Virus record (IMG/VR): IMGVR_UViG_3300001868_000222
Location: 1-39,670 of that record
DNA length: 39,670 nucleotides
Direction: 5' to 3' (one strand)
From: a virus
Taxonomy: Duplodnaviria > Caudoviricetes
Part shown: positions 1-8,844 of the stretch, piece by piece
Layout: every line of letters begins with the position of its first letter
Position numbering within the stretch: the first letter of the stretch is position 1
Notes under the pieces: model-generated
What the model saw: the letters and a program-made list of their open reading frames with translations, nothing else
Database searches by the model: none
Told to the model about the DNA's origin: nothing
Position numbers and translations under genes: made by a program

Positions 1-1203
1 ATGAAAAATGTCGAAGTAATTCTTCCAAGACTTATCGAGGCTGACGACGTTTATTACGTTGAATACAGCTGCTTTAACGAGCGTCTCGATAAATTGCAAC
101 GTTTCCGGATCTATAAGGGTTTCCGTAAGAAAAAAACGGAAAAGGAAAGGCAGGTTCATGCCAAAACAATCATCGATTTCTATTCAAAAAAACTACTCGC
201 CGGCTGGCGTCCATGGGATGTAGAAAAGTATATCTATAAAGATGAAATAGAGTACAAAACTGTCACATCCGGATTCGGGTCTAAACGTTTTGATGACTCC
301 CATCTCCGAAAGCATTTATCCGCTTTCCTGGTAATGAGAAAAAGGGAGACATCAGCTAAAACTTATCAATCTTATAATAGTAAGACCCGGGTATTCTGTC
401 AATGGCTGGAGAATAATGGCCATGAAAAAATTAAGGTGTACGAAATCACTCAAAAAATGGTTATTGGATTCTTTAACTACCTGATTGATTTTAGAAAACT
501 TGACAAGATTACGATCGATAAATACAAACAGAACATTGGCCAGATGTTCAAATACTTCAAAAAAGAGAAACTGATCGATATTATACCTATGGAAGATCTG
601 CCACGACCTCCTAAAACGAAGGATATGGCTGCACGTCCTATCATGGAGTGTGATCTGTCAGATTTTTTTTTATGGTGCATTAAAAATGATGAACAGTTGT
701 TCCTGGCATCGATCATGCAGTTCTTTTTATGCTGCCGGCCTGGTACTGAACTCCGACTTTTAAAATGCCAGGATATAGATCTTTATAATAAACAAGTGTA
801 TATCGTTGAGGAAAATGCCAAAAAGTCACGACGCATAATAACAATGCCTGAGGCGCTGGTTGAGATCTGCACGAAATTCCAGATTAATAAGTACCCTCAT
901 GATTTCTTTGTTTTCGGTAGAAATGGAAAGCCAGGACCTATATCCGTAGGTAAAAACTATCTGACTAATCATTTCAATGTAGCCAGAACACGATTGAACC
1001 TCCCACTTACGTACAAATTCTATAGTCTTAAGCACACCGGGGCCGGTCAGATATTAGAGAGTGGGGCAACAATAGCAGAATTAAAAAATCACTTGGGACA
1101 TACAGATTTCGAAAGCACAATAAGATATGTGCATCGACACTTTGGTGAAAGGTCTGAGAAGATTGTGAATTTTAAACCGGCATTTTTAAATAAGCTTATA
1201 TAA
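1..1203 (+). CDS. int: Tyrosine recombinase / phage integrase
   Basis: SAM-like core-binding region, CCRPGTEL (catalytic R), YSLKHTG, HLGH...TIRY (catalytic Y). Confidence 0.93.
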   Translation: MKNVEVILPRLIEADDVYYVEYSCFNERLDKLQRFRIYKGFRKKKTEKERQVHAKTIIDFYSKKLLAGWRPWDVEKYIYKDEIEYKTVTSGFGSKRFDDSHLRKHLSAFLVMRKRETSAKTYQSYNSKTRVFCQWLENNGHEKIKVYEITQKMVIGFFNYLIDFRKLDKITIDKYKQNIGQMFKYFKKEKLIDIIPMEDLPRPPKTKDMAARPIMECDLSDFFLWCIKNDEQLFLASIMQFFLCCRPGTELRLLKCQDIDLYNKQVYIVEENAKKSRRIITMPEALVEICTKFQINKYPHDFFVFGRNGKPGPISVGKNYLTNHFNVARTRLNLPLTYKFYSLKHTGAGQILESGATIAELKNHLGHTDFESTIRYVHRHFGERSEKIVNFKPAFLNKLI

Positions 1204-1209
1204 AATGGT

Positions 1210-1237
1210 TAAGGATGACCATTTCTGGTCATCCTTA
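1210..1237. terminator. 12-bp hairpin between int and the tRNA-like RNA; probable terminator
   Basis: taaggatgacca-tttc-tggtcatcctta; GAAA loop on minus strand; U-tail is weak. Confidence 0.65.
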
Positions 1238-1238
1238 G

Positions 1239-1326
1239 CGGAAGGTGTGGAGATTCGAACCCACGATACTTGTTACAGTATATCGGTTTCTTAGACCGAC
1301 GCAATAGACCACTCTGCCAACCTGAT
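1239..1326 (-). pseudogene. Aberrant tRNA-Ser-like sequence with AAG anticodon; possible att-related element
   Basis: D arm GCA-GAGTGGTCTAT-TGC, anticodon arm TCGGT-CTAAGAA-ACCGA, 5-bp variable arm, GGTTCGAATC, G73; only 4 of 7 acceptor pairs and one extra base in the T stem. Confidence 0.75.
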
Positions 1327-1360
1327 AAAACCGGATTTTCTCAGGTTAGATGGTGATGTA

Positions 1361-1368
1361 CAAATATA
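1361..1368 (-). promoter_or_regulatory. Bacteroidota -7 box TATATTTG upstream of the tRNA-like RNA
   Basis: Matches TAnnTTTG; no clean -33 box seen. Confidence 0.5.
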
Positions 1369-1407
1369 ACATAGATTTCTTTGCAGGAAAGTATTTAAAA
1401 AAATATT

Positions 1408-2208
1408 TTAAGCTTCAGATGCACTGATATCATAATTTGCAGTCAATACTTCAATCTTCTTTCCTTTTATTCCGACAGCGCCATTGGAAGCGTTGAGGGT
1501 CTTAGTAAACGAAATAGTTTGCCATTTATACTTTTTGATATATTCATCCAGTGGTCCGGATGGGTAAGAGCTCAGAAGGAATTTACCTTTCACAGCAGCA
1601 AGCGCATCGAGATCTCTCCGAAAATGTTCCTGAGTATAACCTCCATAATGGCCCTGATCAGTATCAATGTAAGGTGGATCCGCATAAACGAAGGTATCAA
1701 TACTATCCCGACTTAATATTACCTTGTGCGCATCATTCTGTTCGATCTGAGTGTATCTCAAGCGCTCAGAGAGCAACTCTTGAAAAGAATCTATCTTATT
1801 TTGAATAGTGTGCCCCTGCCGGTCCCGATCGTAACCCCAGGTACCTATTCTGCAGGCGAACCCTTGATTAGTTAAAACCCAAAAAGCCCATGCACGGATG
1901 ACAGGATTATCAGCGAATAACCATGGACATTCATAGATAATCAGTGCCTTTTTATAAGTTTCCCTTGAATGCAATGTCGCTTCAACTAGCTTCCTGAGAT
2001 CGAAGTAAGAATGCTTGAGTACTTCGTAAAAATTGACGATGTTCATGTTTACATCATTGATCACTTCACATCTGACAGGTTCTTTGGCCCAAAAGACAGC
2101 ACCACCGCCAAAATAGGGTTCAACATAGATCTTGTGGACCGGGATCACTGGAAGGATATGGCGGAGCATCATTTGCTTTCCACCAAAGTAAGAAATAGGT
2201 GTTTTCAT
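1408..2208 (-). CDS. Orphan DNA adenine methyltransferase (Dam/D12 class, N6)
   Basis: YFGGK, YVEPYFGGG (motif I), EVIND, YADPPY (motif IV); no cognate nuclease nearby. Confidence 0.93.
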   Translation of the reverse strand: MKTPISYFGGKQMMLRHILPVIPVHKIYVEPYFGGGAVFWAKEPVRCEVINDVNMNIVNFYEVLKHSYFDLRKLVEATLHSRETYKKALIIYECPWLFADNPVIRAWAFWVLTNQGFACRIGTWGYDRDRQGHTIQNKIDSFQELLSERLRYTQIEQNDAHKVILSRDSIDTFVYADPPYIDTDQGHYGGYTQEHFRRDLDALAAVKGKFLLSSYPSGPLDEYIKKYKWQTISFTKTLNASNGAVGIKGKKIEVLTANYDISASEA

Positions 2209-2336
2209 TGTAGATTTATTTATTAATTTTGAATTATCTCAACCAAAAAAAGTGCATACACACTGTCAAGGCTTTACGCCTCTGTCGTAGTGTGTATGCA
2301 CTTTTGTGTTGTAGGGGGTTGAGATATTCTACAATG
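2206..2336 (-). promoter_or_regulatory. Nested stem-loop 5' leader of the methyltransferase
   Basis: Perfect pairings 2206-2214/2328-2336, 2235-2244/2317-2326, 2248-2264/2289-2305. Confidence 0.7.
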
Positions 2337-2363
2337 AGATGGAGGCTATTTTTTTCCTCCAGT

Positions 2364-2678
2364 TTAAATAGTGATGCTCTCCGGTTCAGCATACTTTTCA
2401 TATACCTGACCAACCAGATTGGTTAACTCAGCTTCAAATTCAGTATCAAACGGATAGATTTCAACTGCCGGTTTTGGGCCATAGTCCAAATTTGCTGAGA
2501 AGTAATTCCTGTTCAACGAACTCGAAGTTCCTTCGCCATTGAAATTAGCATTAACATTGACATTTGCAGGAGGTGTATTCCCTTGAATTGAATAATTCAG
2601 GTAGACACTGGCTCCATTGATTTCCGCTGCTATTGACACATTGGTCGAGCGATTGACTGATTTAATTGCGTTTGACAT
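2364..2678 (-). CDS. Hypothetical protein (tail-fibre region)
   Basis: 104-aa ORF overlapping upstream gene. Confidence 0.7.
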   Translation of the reverse strand: MSNAIKSVNRSTNVSIAAEINGASVYLNYSIQGNTPPANVNVNANFNGEGTSSSLNRNYFSANLDYGPKPAVEIYPFDTEFEAELTNLVGQVYEKYAEPESITI

Positions 2679-3087
2679 TTTCTTTAGATTTATCGGTTTT
2701 TACTGCGTTTGTTTCATTTCTGCGTAAGAGGTTCTCATAAGAGATAAGTAGTTCATGACCTTTCAAGTCGTTTGATTTTCTGAATGATGCAAATTGCTCT
2801 TCATTGAATATTGTGTCGATCTTAACATCCTCTTCCATATATTCATTATTCAATTTCAGGAAAGTATCAACAACCGTTTGAGGTGTTTTAGGATCAATCT
2901 GTCCACTTTCAGAAATGATCAGACCGCACTTTTGTTGCAAATCTTTCATAACAGATTGTTGAACCTCATTATGTTTGTTAACCTCCTGCATAGTCAATAT
3001 GTAGGGCATGATCCTGTCATCAGGAAGTGAACTGGTAGTACACTTATCAAGAACGTTCTTGAGTGTTGTCAGATGCTTTCTTTTCAT
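2662..3087 (-). CDS. Hypothetical protein
   Basis: 141-aa ORF with AT-rich leader, co-oriented. Confidence 0.75.
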   Translation of the reverse strand: MKRKHLTTLKNVLDKCTTSSLPDDRIMPYILTMQEVNKHNEVQQSVMKDLQQKCGLIISESGQIDPKTPQTVVDTFLKLNNEYMEEDVKIDTIFNEEQFASFRKSNDLKGHELLISYENLLRRNETNAVKTDKSKENVKRN

Positions 3088-3121
3088 TTGATTGTTTTTT
3101 AAATATTTATGAATTAAGTAA

Positions 3122-3283
3122 TTAAATTAATATGAGAATAAGCGCCACTGCAGCAATTACAGCGAAAATCACAATGATTGGTGTGATCACTTTTTTGATG
3201 GCCGGTTGTGTGTTAGTTACTTCACTTCCTCCCCCGATTTCTTCTCTCTTGATTTCTTTTGATACTTCTTCAGGATTTGACAT
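3122..3283 (-). CDS. Small protein with C-terminal transmembrane helix (53 aa, not in ORF track)
   Basis: Manual translation MSNPEEVSKEIKREEIGGGSEVTNTQPAIKKVITPIIVIFAVIAAVALILILI; fills the gap between co-oriented genes. Confidence 0.7.
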   Translation of the reverse strand: MSNPEEVSKEIKREEIGGGSEVTNTQPAIKKVITPIIVIFAVIAAVALILILI

Positions 3284-3310
3284 TTGATTTAAGATTTAAA
3301 ATTGTGAATA

Positions 3311-4321
3311 TTAATAAACATGCCATACAAATGATGTTGTTTCGATTTCCTTGACATTTGCCCAGGTATTATCCGGAGAAACCTCTAGTGTGATGTAACC
3401 CGTTATAGTTGGATCCAGAACATCAAGATACAATGTTGTAGACTGACTTCCGGTCTTCGTCTCACTGGCTGAAAACGACAAGGAACCAAGATTTATCGTT
3501 ACCGGTCGAATAGCGTCATGACCCGTTAAGTCATACACCCTGATCCTTGCATATAAAGTCTTAGCAGATGCCAGCGTCCTGTTAAGTTGCCAGTTGATCG
3601 TTACCGTTTGATCACCTGCAAAGTAAATATCAGATATATCTGTCACCGTACCCGTTATGGCTAACGGGATCATCACGATGTTGACCGATCTTTGTCCATC
3701 TTCGATATACGCCATATCCTGGTATGATCCCCCTCCAATCGGAATATAATATACCGGACTTATTATCACGGTTTCATCAACCGTTGGATAAAACAACACT
3801 TCCTTATAGTAGTAAGAAGGCAATGCTGGAACACTGATCCTGTCATTCACTGTAACACCCGATCTGATCACCTGGATATCAACCTGAGTTTTCAGACACG
3901 ATATATTAGCCGGTGGAGCTTCCCCACGTTCCAAATACACACCAATAACTGCATAGTCGAATTCCTCAACGTTGATGGTTGAAGGAATTGCAATCATATA
4001 ATGCACCGGCGGTTTTGCTGAATGATTATATCCAATGAAGTCACCCAGACTATAAGCAGAAGATGGAAGTTGCCATGTAAATACAGTATATGGAAGTCCC
4101 CCTGATAATACCCAGTGTCCCGGTTTAAATGCTGCCCACTTATTGATATGTGAGCTTGCACACAATGCAGACAAAGCATTAGAACTATCACCCAATGCAG
4201 CCTTTACCTGTGAAATAGTAATATTTGACCCATCATAGTTTGAACCACTAATCAAAGCCAAAGTCCCACACTGGTTATTAGCAGGAACGTAATCAGCCGG
4301 TATAGTTATAATTTTTCCCAT
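3311..4321 (-). CDS. Putative virion / tail-fibre-associated protein
   Basis: Starts 1 nt after the tail-fibre stop; beta-rich C-terminal part. Confidence 0.6.
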   Translation of the reverse strand: MGKIITIPADYVPANNQCGTLALISGSNYDGSNITISQVKAALGDSSNALSALCASSHINKWAAFKPGHWVLSGGLPYTVFTWQLPSSAYSLGDFIGYNHSAKPPVHYMIAIPSTINVEEFDYAVIGVYLERGEAPPANISCLKTQVDIQVIRSGVTVNDRISVPALPSYYYKEVLFYPTVDETVIISPVYYIPIGGGSYQDMAYIEDGQRSVNIVMIPLAITGTVTDISDIYFAGDQTVTINWQLNRTLASAKTLYARIRVYDLTGHDAIRPVTINLGSLSFSASETKTGSQSTTLYLDVLDPTITGYITLEVSPDNTWANVKEIETTSFVWHVY

Positions 4322-4322
4322 T

Positions 4323-7300
4323 TTAGTTAAGTCTTGATCTTAAGTTTTGTACTTCTTGTTTCAATGTTGCAACTTCTCTTCTTAGCTTTTGCACTTCAGT
4401 TTCAACATTGATAAATCTGAAATTGGTGTTATTATTCAATTCCTTAATTGCTGAAGAAAGTACTGGAATGATTTTTTGATATGCGATACCAAGAAGGCCG
4501 TTTGATTGCTCAATAACTACATTCGGAATGAGATATTGAACTTCTTGTGCGATATACCCGTTGTGCGTTTTAACTGTCTCATGACCATCCATACCATTCC
4601 AGTTGAACGTGACACCATTTAGCGCACAAGCAATAGCAAGTGAATTCTGAAGTGGCCGGATGTTTCTTTTAAGTTTTAAATCTGAGAATGCAATTACGTC
4701 ACCGGAAGCAGTAACACTACCTGAGAAGGTAGCATTGCCATCAGATGCAATAACAAATGTATAAGTTGCAACGCTATCCATATACAATTTGAATCCACCA
4801 CTTACCTTATCTATTTGCCATTTTCTTGTCGTACCATTTGCTTGATATGCTGATAAAACAGTAACATCAGGATCTGAATTTGATTGAAATCCCGAAGAAC
4901 CACCTACATTTATTCCACCCCCCACTCCAATACCCCCTGCCACAACTAATGCGCCTGTTGTAGATGAGGTTGAGGCGGTGGTTGAACCAATTATAGTATT
5001 GCCATTATTTCCAGTGTTGATATTAACATTACCACCATTATAGTTTAAATACATTCCAAGTGGTGTTCCAGAACCATTAACCACATTAATCTGATCACCC
5101 CCTGTTATATCTACATAATAATTAGAATAAGATGACAGTTTAACGTGACTTCCATTATCAGAAATACCACTGTTAACCAATCCCCCTGCTGTATGCTTCG
5201 GAATGTAGTTAGCTGTAAGATTAGAGAAGATGGCTGTGGTAGCTGCAACAGTACTGGAAAAGGTTGCTGCACCTGAATTGGTAAAAGACAACACATCAGC
5301 ATAAGTAGAGCCACCTGTTGTAGTTGACCGTTGTAGGGTAAAATCCCCAAAGACATTAAAATCCTCTCCTAATCTCCAACCTCTTGAAGTAGAATAATTA
5401 ATATCTACAAATTGTATATAAGAAGTATTTGCGTGACTACTTACATTAAGCACTCCGCTAAAGTTAGCGACAGTACCATAAAGTGTACCAGTCAAAGGAT
5501 ATGAACTACCTGCCGATAAAGGCAAATAAGCAGTAGAATTATAAGCATTAGAACCTAATCCAAGAAATGATTTAGTTGTAGCTGCCGAAATTGGAGCCCA
5601 AGTAACCCAATCATCTTGAAGTGCCATTATAAAAGGAGGTGTACCAGTAAAAGCAGTCCCATTAAAAGGCTGTCCATGCCATTTTTCAGCATTGAGATTC
5701 CCTACTAAAGAAGTATTACTCATTGTTCCGCCACTCAAAGGCAAATAACCACCACTTACAGCAGGAGCAGCACCAAGACTTGAAAGAGTTGGATAAGAAG
5801 GCAATCCGTAATCAGTAGTAGTTGTTGGATGATTGCCAGAATACCAAGGCGTATAACCTAAAGCATTTGTAACCATGGTACTATTAATACCAGTTATCCA
5901 ACTTCCATAATTCCCAAGGTTATTATTAAAATCTGAAAGATTTAAAGGTCTTGATGAAACATTAGTCCATGCAACTGAATAGGCTGTGGATGCTGTGGAT
6001 GCATTTCCTGTTGTGTTCGCTGTAGTCCAAGGAGTCCCGGTAACATAACCAGCCAAAGCATGATTACCCCACCCATATGCTGTATCCCAATGCGAATGAT
6101 TATCAGTGAAATTACTCGAAGTCCATACAGTCCCGGATATAGCATCCAGATACGATTTATTAGAATGCGAATGCCTGTCAGTAGCTGCATTATCCCAATT
6201 ACCCTTATTATAACCAGTTATCGAAGTAACCCCAGAAAAGAAGTTATTAACCTCTGATTTCAGATAATAATAAGTCAGATTATTTACATTGACATCAATA
6301 GCCCCCGACCCGGATGCAACTGAAACTAATTTCCCTCCAATCCACTTCACAGTTGTTCCATCCACATAACCTCCCAATGCATCCCACCAATCCACAACAG
6401 GATTAGACCCGGCAAAGGCAACGATATCACCGTTAGTTGTTACTGCAGTACTTCCGGTGTTGGAAGTCAATACCAGGTTACCTGAGCTATCAACAGAAAG
6501 TGTAAAGGTCTTAGTTCCATTCTTCAATACAACTGACCGTGAAGTATCATTCCCCCGTCCTAAAACACTATCCAATGTATCCGATTCAACCTTCAGGAAT
6601 GTAGAAGTAAGGTAAGCATCATCAATCTTTGAACCATGCCACACACCCGTTACGATTGTACCCAGTGAAGTAATATACAAGTTCCCTGCCCATGTTGATA
6701 ATCCCGTAGAAGTTACATAAGCACTTAAATCAGGACTATATCCAATTGGTTTATAAAGCAAATCATGGTTATGGTCCGATCTGGCCAGGGTAGCTGCAGA
6801 TCCGGTACCGGCAAAAGCCATTAACGAGTCAAGAAATGTTTTATTCGAATGCGAATGCCGATCAGTAGCTGCATTATCCCAGGAAGATTTATTATATCCA
6901 GTAATAGCAGTGACTCCATTGAAAAAGTTATTGATCTCTGATTTCAGGTAATAATAAGTCAGTGTGTTTACATTCACATCGATTGATCCGGTTGCAACCG
7001 AAACCAATTTACCCCCGATCCATTGCATTGTAACGCCATCCACATAACCTCCCAATGCATCCCACCATGAAACAACAGGATTTGCACTTGCAAAGGCAAT
7101 AAGATCTCCATTCGTTGTTACAGCAGTATTCATAGTGTTGGAAGTCAATACCAGGTTCCCGGATGCATCAACAGATAAAGTAAAAGTCTTAGTTCCATTC
7201 TTTAATACTACAGACCTGGCCGTATCATTTCCACGTCCTAAAACGCTATCCAACGTGTCAGATTCAGCCTTCAGGAAAGTAGAAGCCAGGTAACTATCTT

Positions 7301-8759
7301 CAATCTTTGAACCATGCCATGTGCCTGCAGTAATCGTTCCAAGTGAAGAAATATACAGGTTACCAGCCCATCCAGACAAAGCAGAGGAAGTTAAATAACC
7401 AGATAGATCAGGGCTGTATCCAAAAGGCTTGTAAAGCAAATCGGCCTGTGTTTTTGTAGAGTAAGCAGATAAATCCGGAGAATAACCAATTGGTTTGTAC
7501 CGTAAATCTGAATCAGTCTTATTATAGTAATTCGTCAGATTGTTTACTCCGACATCAATCCCACCATCTTTGATCTGAGACAAAGACATCACGCTCCATG
7601 TATCAGAATTTGGAAGCTGAACCAGAAACAATGGATTATCTACAGCATTAGCCCAAGGGAATTGTGCAAGCCTAGGAGCTAAAAAAAAAAGCTGCCCGGA
7701 AGGATCTGTTATGTCAACGCTCGAAGGTAAAGTGTCGAGCCGTGGCAGGCTGATATACTTTGTCTGAAAAGCATAAGCAAACGAAAACTCATACCCGTTA
7801 GGCGCTCCCGGAATGCTATCCAGTTTCGGCTTAGTAACGAATATCCTTTTCAGCGCACCTTCAGAGATATGATAACGGTTGATAGATTTAAAGAACTCGA
7901 GCCACCAGTAGCGATCTGATTCCTTTTCGACATACCCGGTCTTTTTATTGAAGACAATCGAAATATCGATATCATACTCCAGGGTAGTTTCATCGAATAA
8001 AGCGCTTCCAATCGTGAAATCATTCGATTCCTGGATCTCTCCCAAAAAATGGACCGTATCGATGCCACCCAATGTATTCTCAAATACAAACACATCATTG
8101 TAAATAGTGGCAGGCTCAATATAAATGTACCGTTGGATGTAGGACAACCGGTCACCGGTCATATCCTCAGTCCAAACTTCAAAATAAACAGGTTGAGCAG
8201 TGAATTTACCCACTAACCGGGCATAAGCCAGATTAAGCGTATAAGCATGATTAGCAGCCAGTGTTGCAAAAGTGATCGTCTGGTTCGTGTTATCCGACAA
8301 ATAAGCCTTCAACTTAACGTTACAGGCCTGCAGAGAACAATAAGTCAGGAATTCCGGATCCGAATATTGAATCTTCTTTTGTTGAGGCTGCCAGGTGAGG
8401 AAATTGGTAGTTAAAAACACATTAACATCAGGATCCGAATCCACTCCACCTTTTAATACCAGGAATGTTTCATTCACTGCAGCTCCACCATCCGTGATCA
8501 CGATCTGAATGATTCCAAGGCTTTCAAGCTGAAGGATCATATCTTCATCTGCAGGCGGGACAACCGCATAAAGTAATGAACAAAGCAAATACTTCAGCTT
8601 AATCACGAATTCCCCATTAGCCGGGTTATAAACCTCATTCAGAATCACTGAACCATTCAATCGCACTACAACCGTTGCCTGATCAGCAGCGCTCTGCACA
8701 CTGAAATCGGGAAGATTTCCTGACAGGTAAATTGGATTAATAGATTGTATCGTAGCCAT
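4323..8759 (-). CDS. Tail fibre/spike with C-terminal intramolecular chaperone (peptidase S74-type)
   Basis: G/S/T-rich shaft with repeats; FSDLKLKRNI...FNW...GYIAQEV...AIKEL plus coiled coil. Confidence 0.85.
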   Translation of the reverse strand: MATIQSINPIYLSGNLPDFSVQSAADQATVVVRLNGSVILNEVYNPANGEFVIKLKYLLCSLLYAVVPPADEDMILQLESLGIIQIVITDGGAAVNETFLVLKGGVDSDPDVNVFLTTNFLTWQPQQKKIQYSDPEFLTYCSLQACNVKLKAYLSDNTNQTITFATLAANHAYTLNLAYARLVGKFTAQPVYFEVWTEDMTGDRLSYIQRYIYIEPATIYNDVFVFENTLGGIDTVHFLGEIQESNDFTIGSALFDETTLEYDIDISIVFNKKTGYVEKESDRYWWLEFFKSINRYHISEGALKRIFVTKPKLDSIPGAPNGYEFSFAYAFQTKYISLPRLDTLPSSVDITDPSGQLFFLAPRLAQFPWANAVDNPLFLVQLPNSDTWSVMSLSQIKDGGIDVGVNNLTNYYNKTDSDLRYKPIGYSPDLSAYSTKTQADLLYKPFGYSPDLSGYLTSSALSGWAGNLYISSLGTITAGTWHGSKIEDSYLASTFLKAESDTLDSVLGRGNDTARSVVLKNGTKTFTLSVDASGNLVLTSNTMNTAVTTNGDLIAFASANPVVSWWDALGGYVDGVTMQWIGGKLVSVATGSIDVNVNTLTYYYLKSEINNFFNGVTAITGYNKSSWDNAATDRHSHSNKTFLDSLMAFAGTGSAATLARSDHNHDLLYKPIGYSPDLSAYVTSTGLSTWAGNLYITSLGTIVTGVWHGSKIDDAYLTSTFLKVESDTLDSVLGRGNDTSRSVVLKNGTKTFTLSVDSSGNLVLTSNTGSTAVTTNGDIVAFAGSNPVVDWWDALGGYVDGTTVKWIGGKLVSVASGSGAIDVNVNNLTYYYLKSEVNNFFSGVTSITGYNKGNWDNAATDRHSHSNKSYLDAISGTVWTSSNFTDNHSHWDTAYGWGNHALAGYVTGTPWTTANTTGNASTASTAYSVAWTNVSSRPLNLSDFNNNLGNYGSWITGINSTMVTNALGYTPWYSGNHPTTTTDYGLPSYPTLSSLGAAPAVSGGYLPLSGGTMSNTSLVGNLNAEKWHGQPFNGTAFTGTPPFIMALQDDWVTWAPISAATTKSFLGLGSNAYNSTAYLPLSAGSSYPLTGTLYGTVANFSGVLNVSSHANTSYIQFVDINYSTSRGWRLGEDFNVFGDFTLQRSTTTGGSTYADVLSFTNSGAATFSSTVAATTAIFSNLTANYIPKHTAGGLVNSGISDNGSHVKLSSYSNYYVDITGGDQINVVNGSGTPLGMYLNYNGGNVNINTGNNGNTIIGSTTASTSSTTGALVVAGGIGVGGGINVGGSSGFQSNSDPDVTVLSAYQANGTTRKWQIDKVSGGFKLYMDSVATYTFVIASDGNATFSGSVTASGDVIAFSDLKLKRNIRPLQNSLAIACALNGVTFNWNGMDGHETVKTHNGYIAQEVQYLIPNVVIEQSNGLLGIAYQKIIPVLSSAIKELNNNTNFRFINVETEVQKLRREVATLKQEVQNLRSRLN
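6156..7435. repeat. Internal ~600-bp imperfect duplication in tail fibre (period ~680 bp)
   Basis: Shared blocks e.g. ccacataacctcccaatgcatcccacca near 6362 and 7040, ggaagtcaataccaggtt near 6462 and 7141. Confidence 0.9.
7681..7690 (-). repeat. T10 homopolymer in coding strand (contains T TTT TTA heptamer)
   Basis: Ten A on plus strand; codons CTT TTT TTT TTA. Confidence 0.9.
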
Positions 8760-8786
8760 ATCGAATTGATGTTTTGAAGTTTAAAA

Positions 8787-8816
8787 CAAGAGGCGGGCTT
8801 CACAGCAGGCCTCTTG
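8787..8816 (-). terminator. Possible intrinsic terminator after the lysis cassette
   Basis: caagaggc...gcctcttg stem followed by TTTT on minus strand. Confidence 0.45.
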
Positions 8817-8844
8817 ACAACCTATGAGACAGACAGAAAAAGTA

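Noticed and set aside
1-1203. Integrase inactivated because HxxR reads YSLK
   Set aside because: As I recall this variant is common in Bacteroidota integrases; catalytic R, H and Y are present and the ORF is intact
1239-1326. Functional canonical tRNA-Leu(AAG)
   Set aside because: Ser-type body, broken acceptor stem and T-stem insertion
2229-2426. 65-aa plus-strand ORF
   Set aside because: Antisense to the structured leader and neighbouring gene; structure explains the region better
1408-2678. Restriction-modification system
   Set aside because: No endonuclease motifs in adjacent ORFs
4323-6150. Invertible tail-fibre cassette (shufflon)
   Set aside because: No invertase, no opposite-strand fibre tips, no flanking inverted repeats seen
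6156-7435. Diversity-generating retroelement template/variable repeat pair
   Set aside because: No reverse transcriptase in the window; both copies are in-frame coding and differences are not adenine-specific
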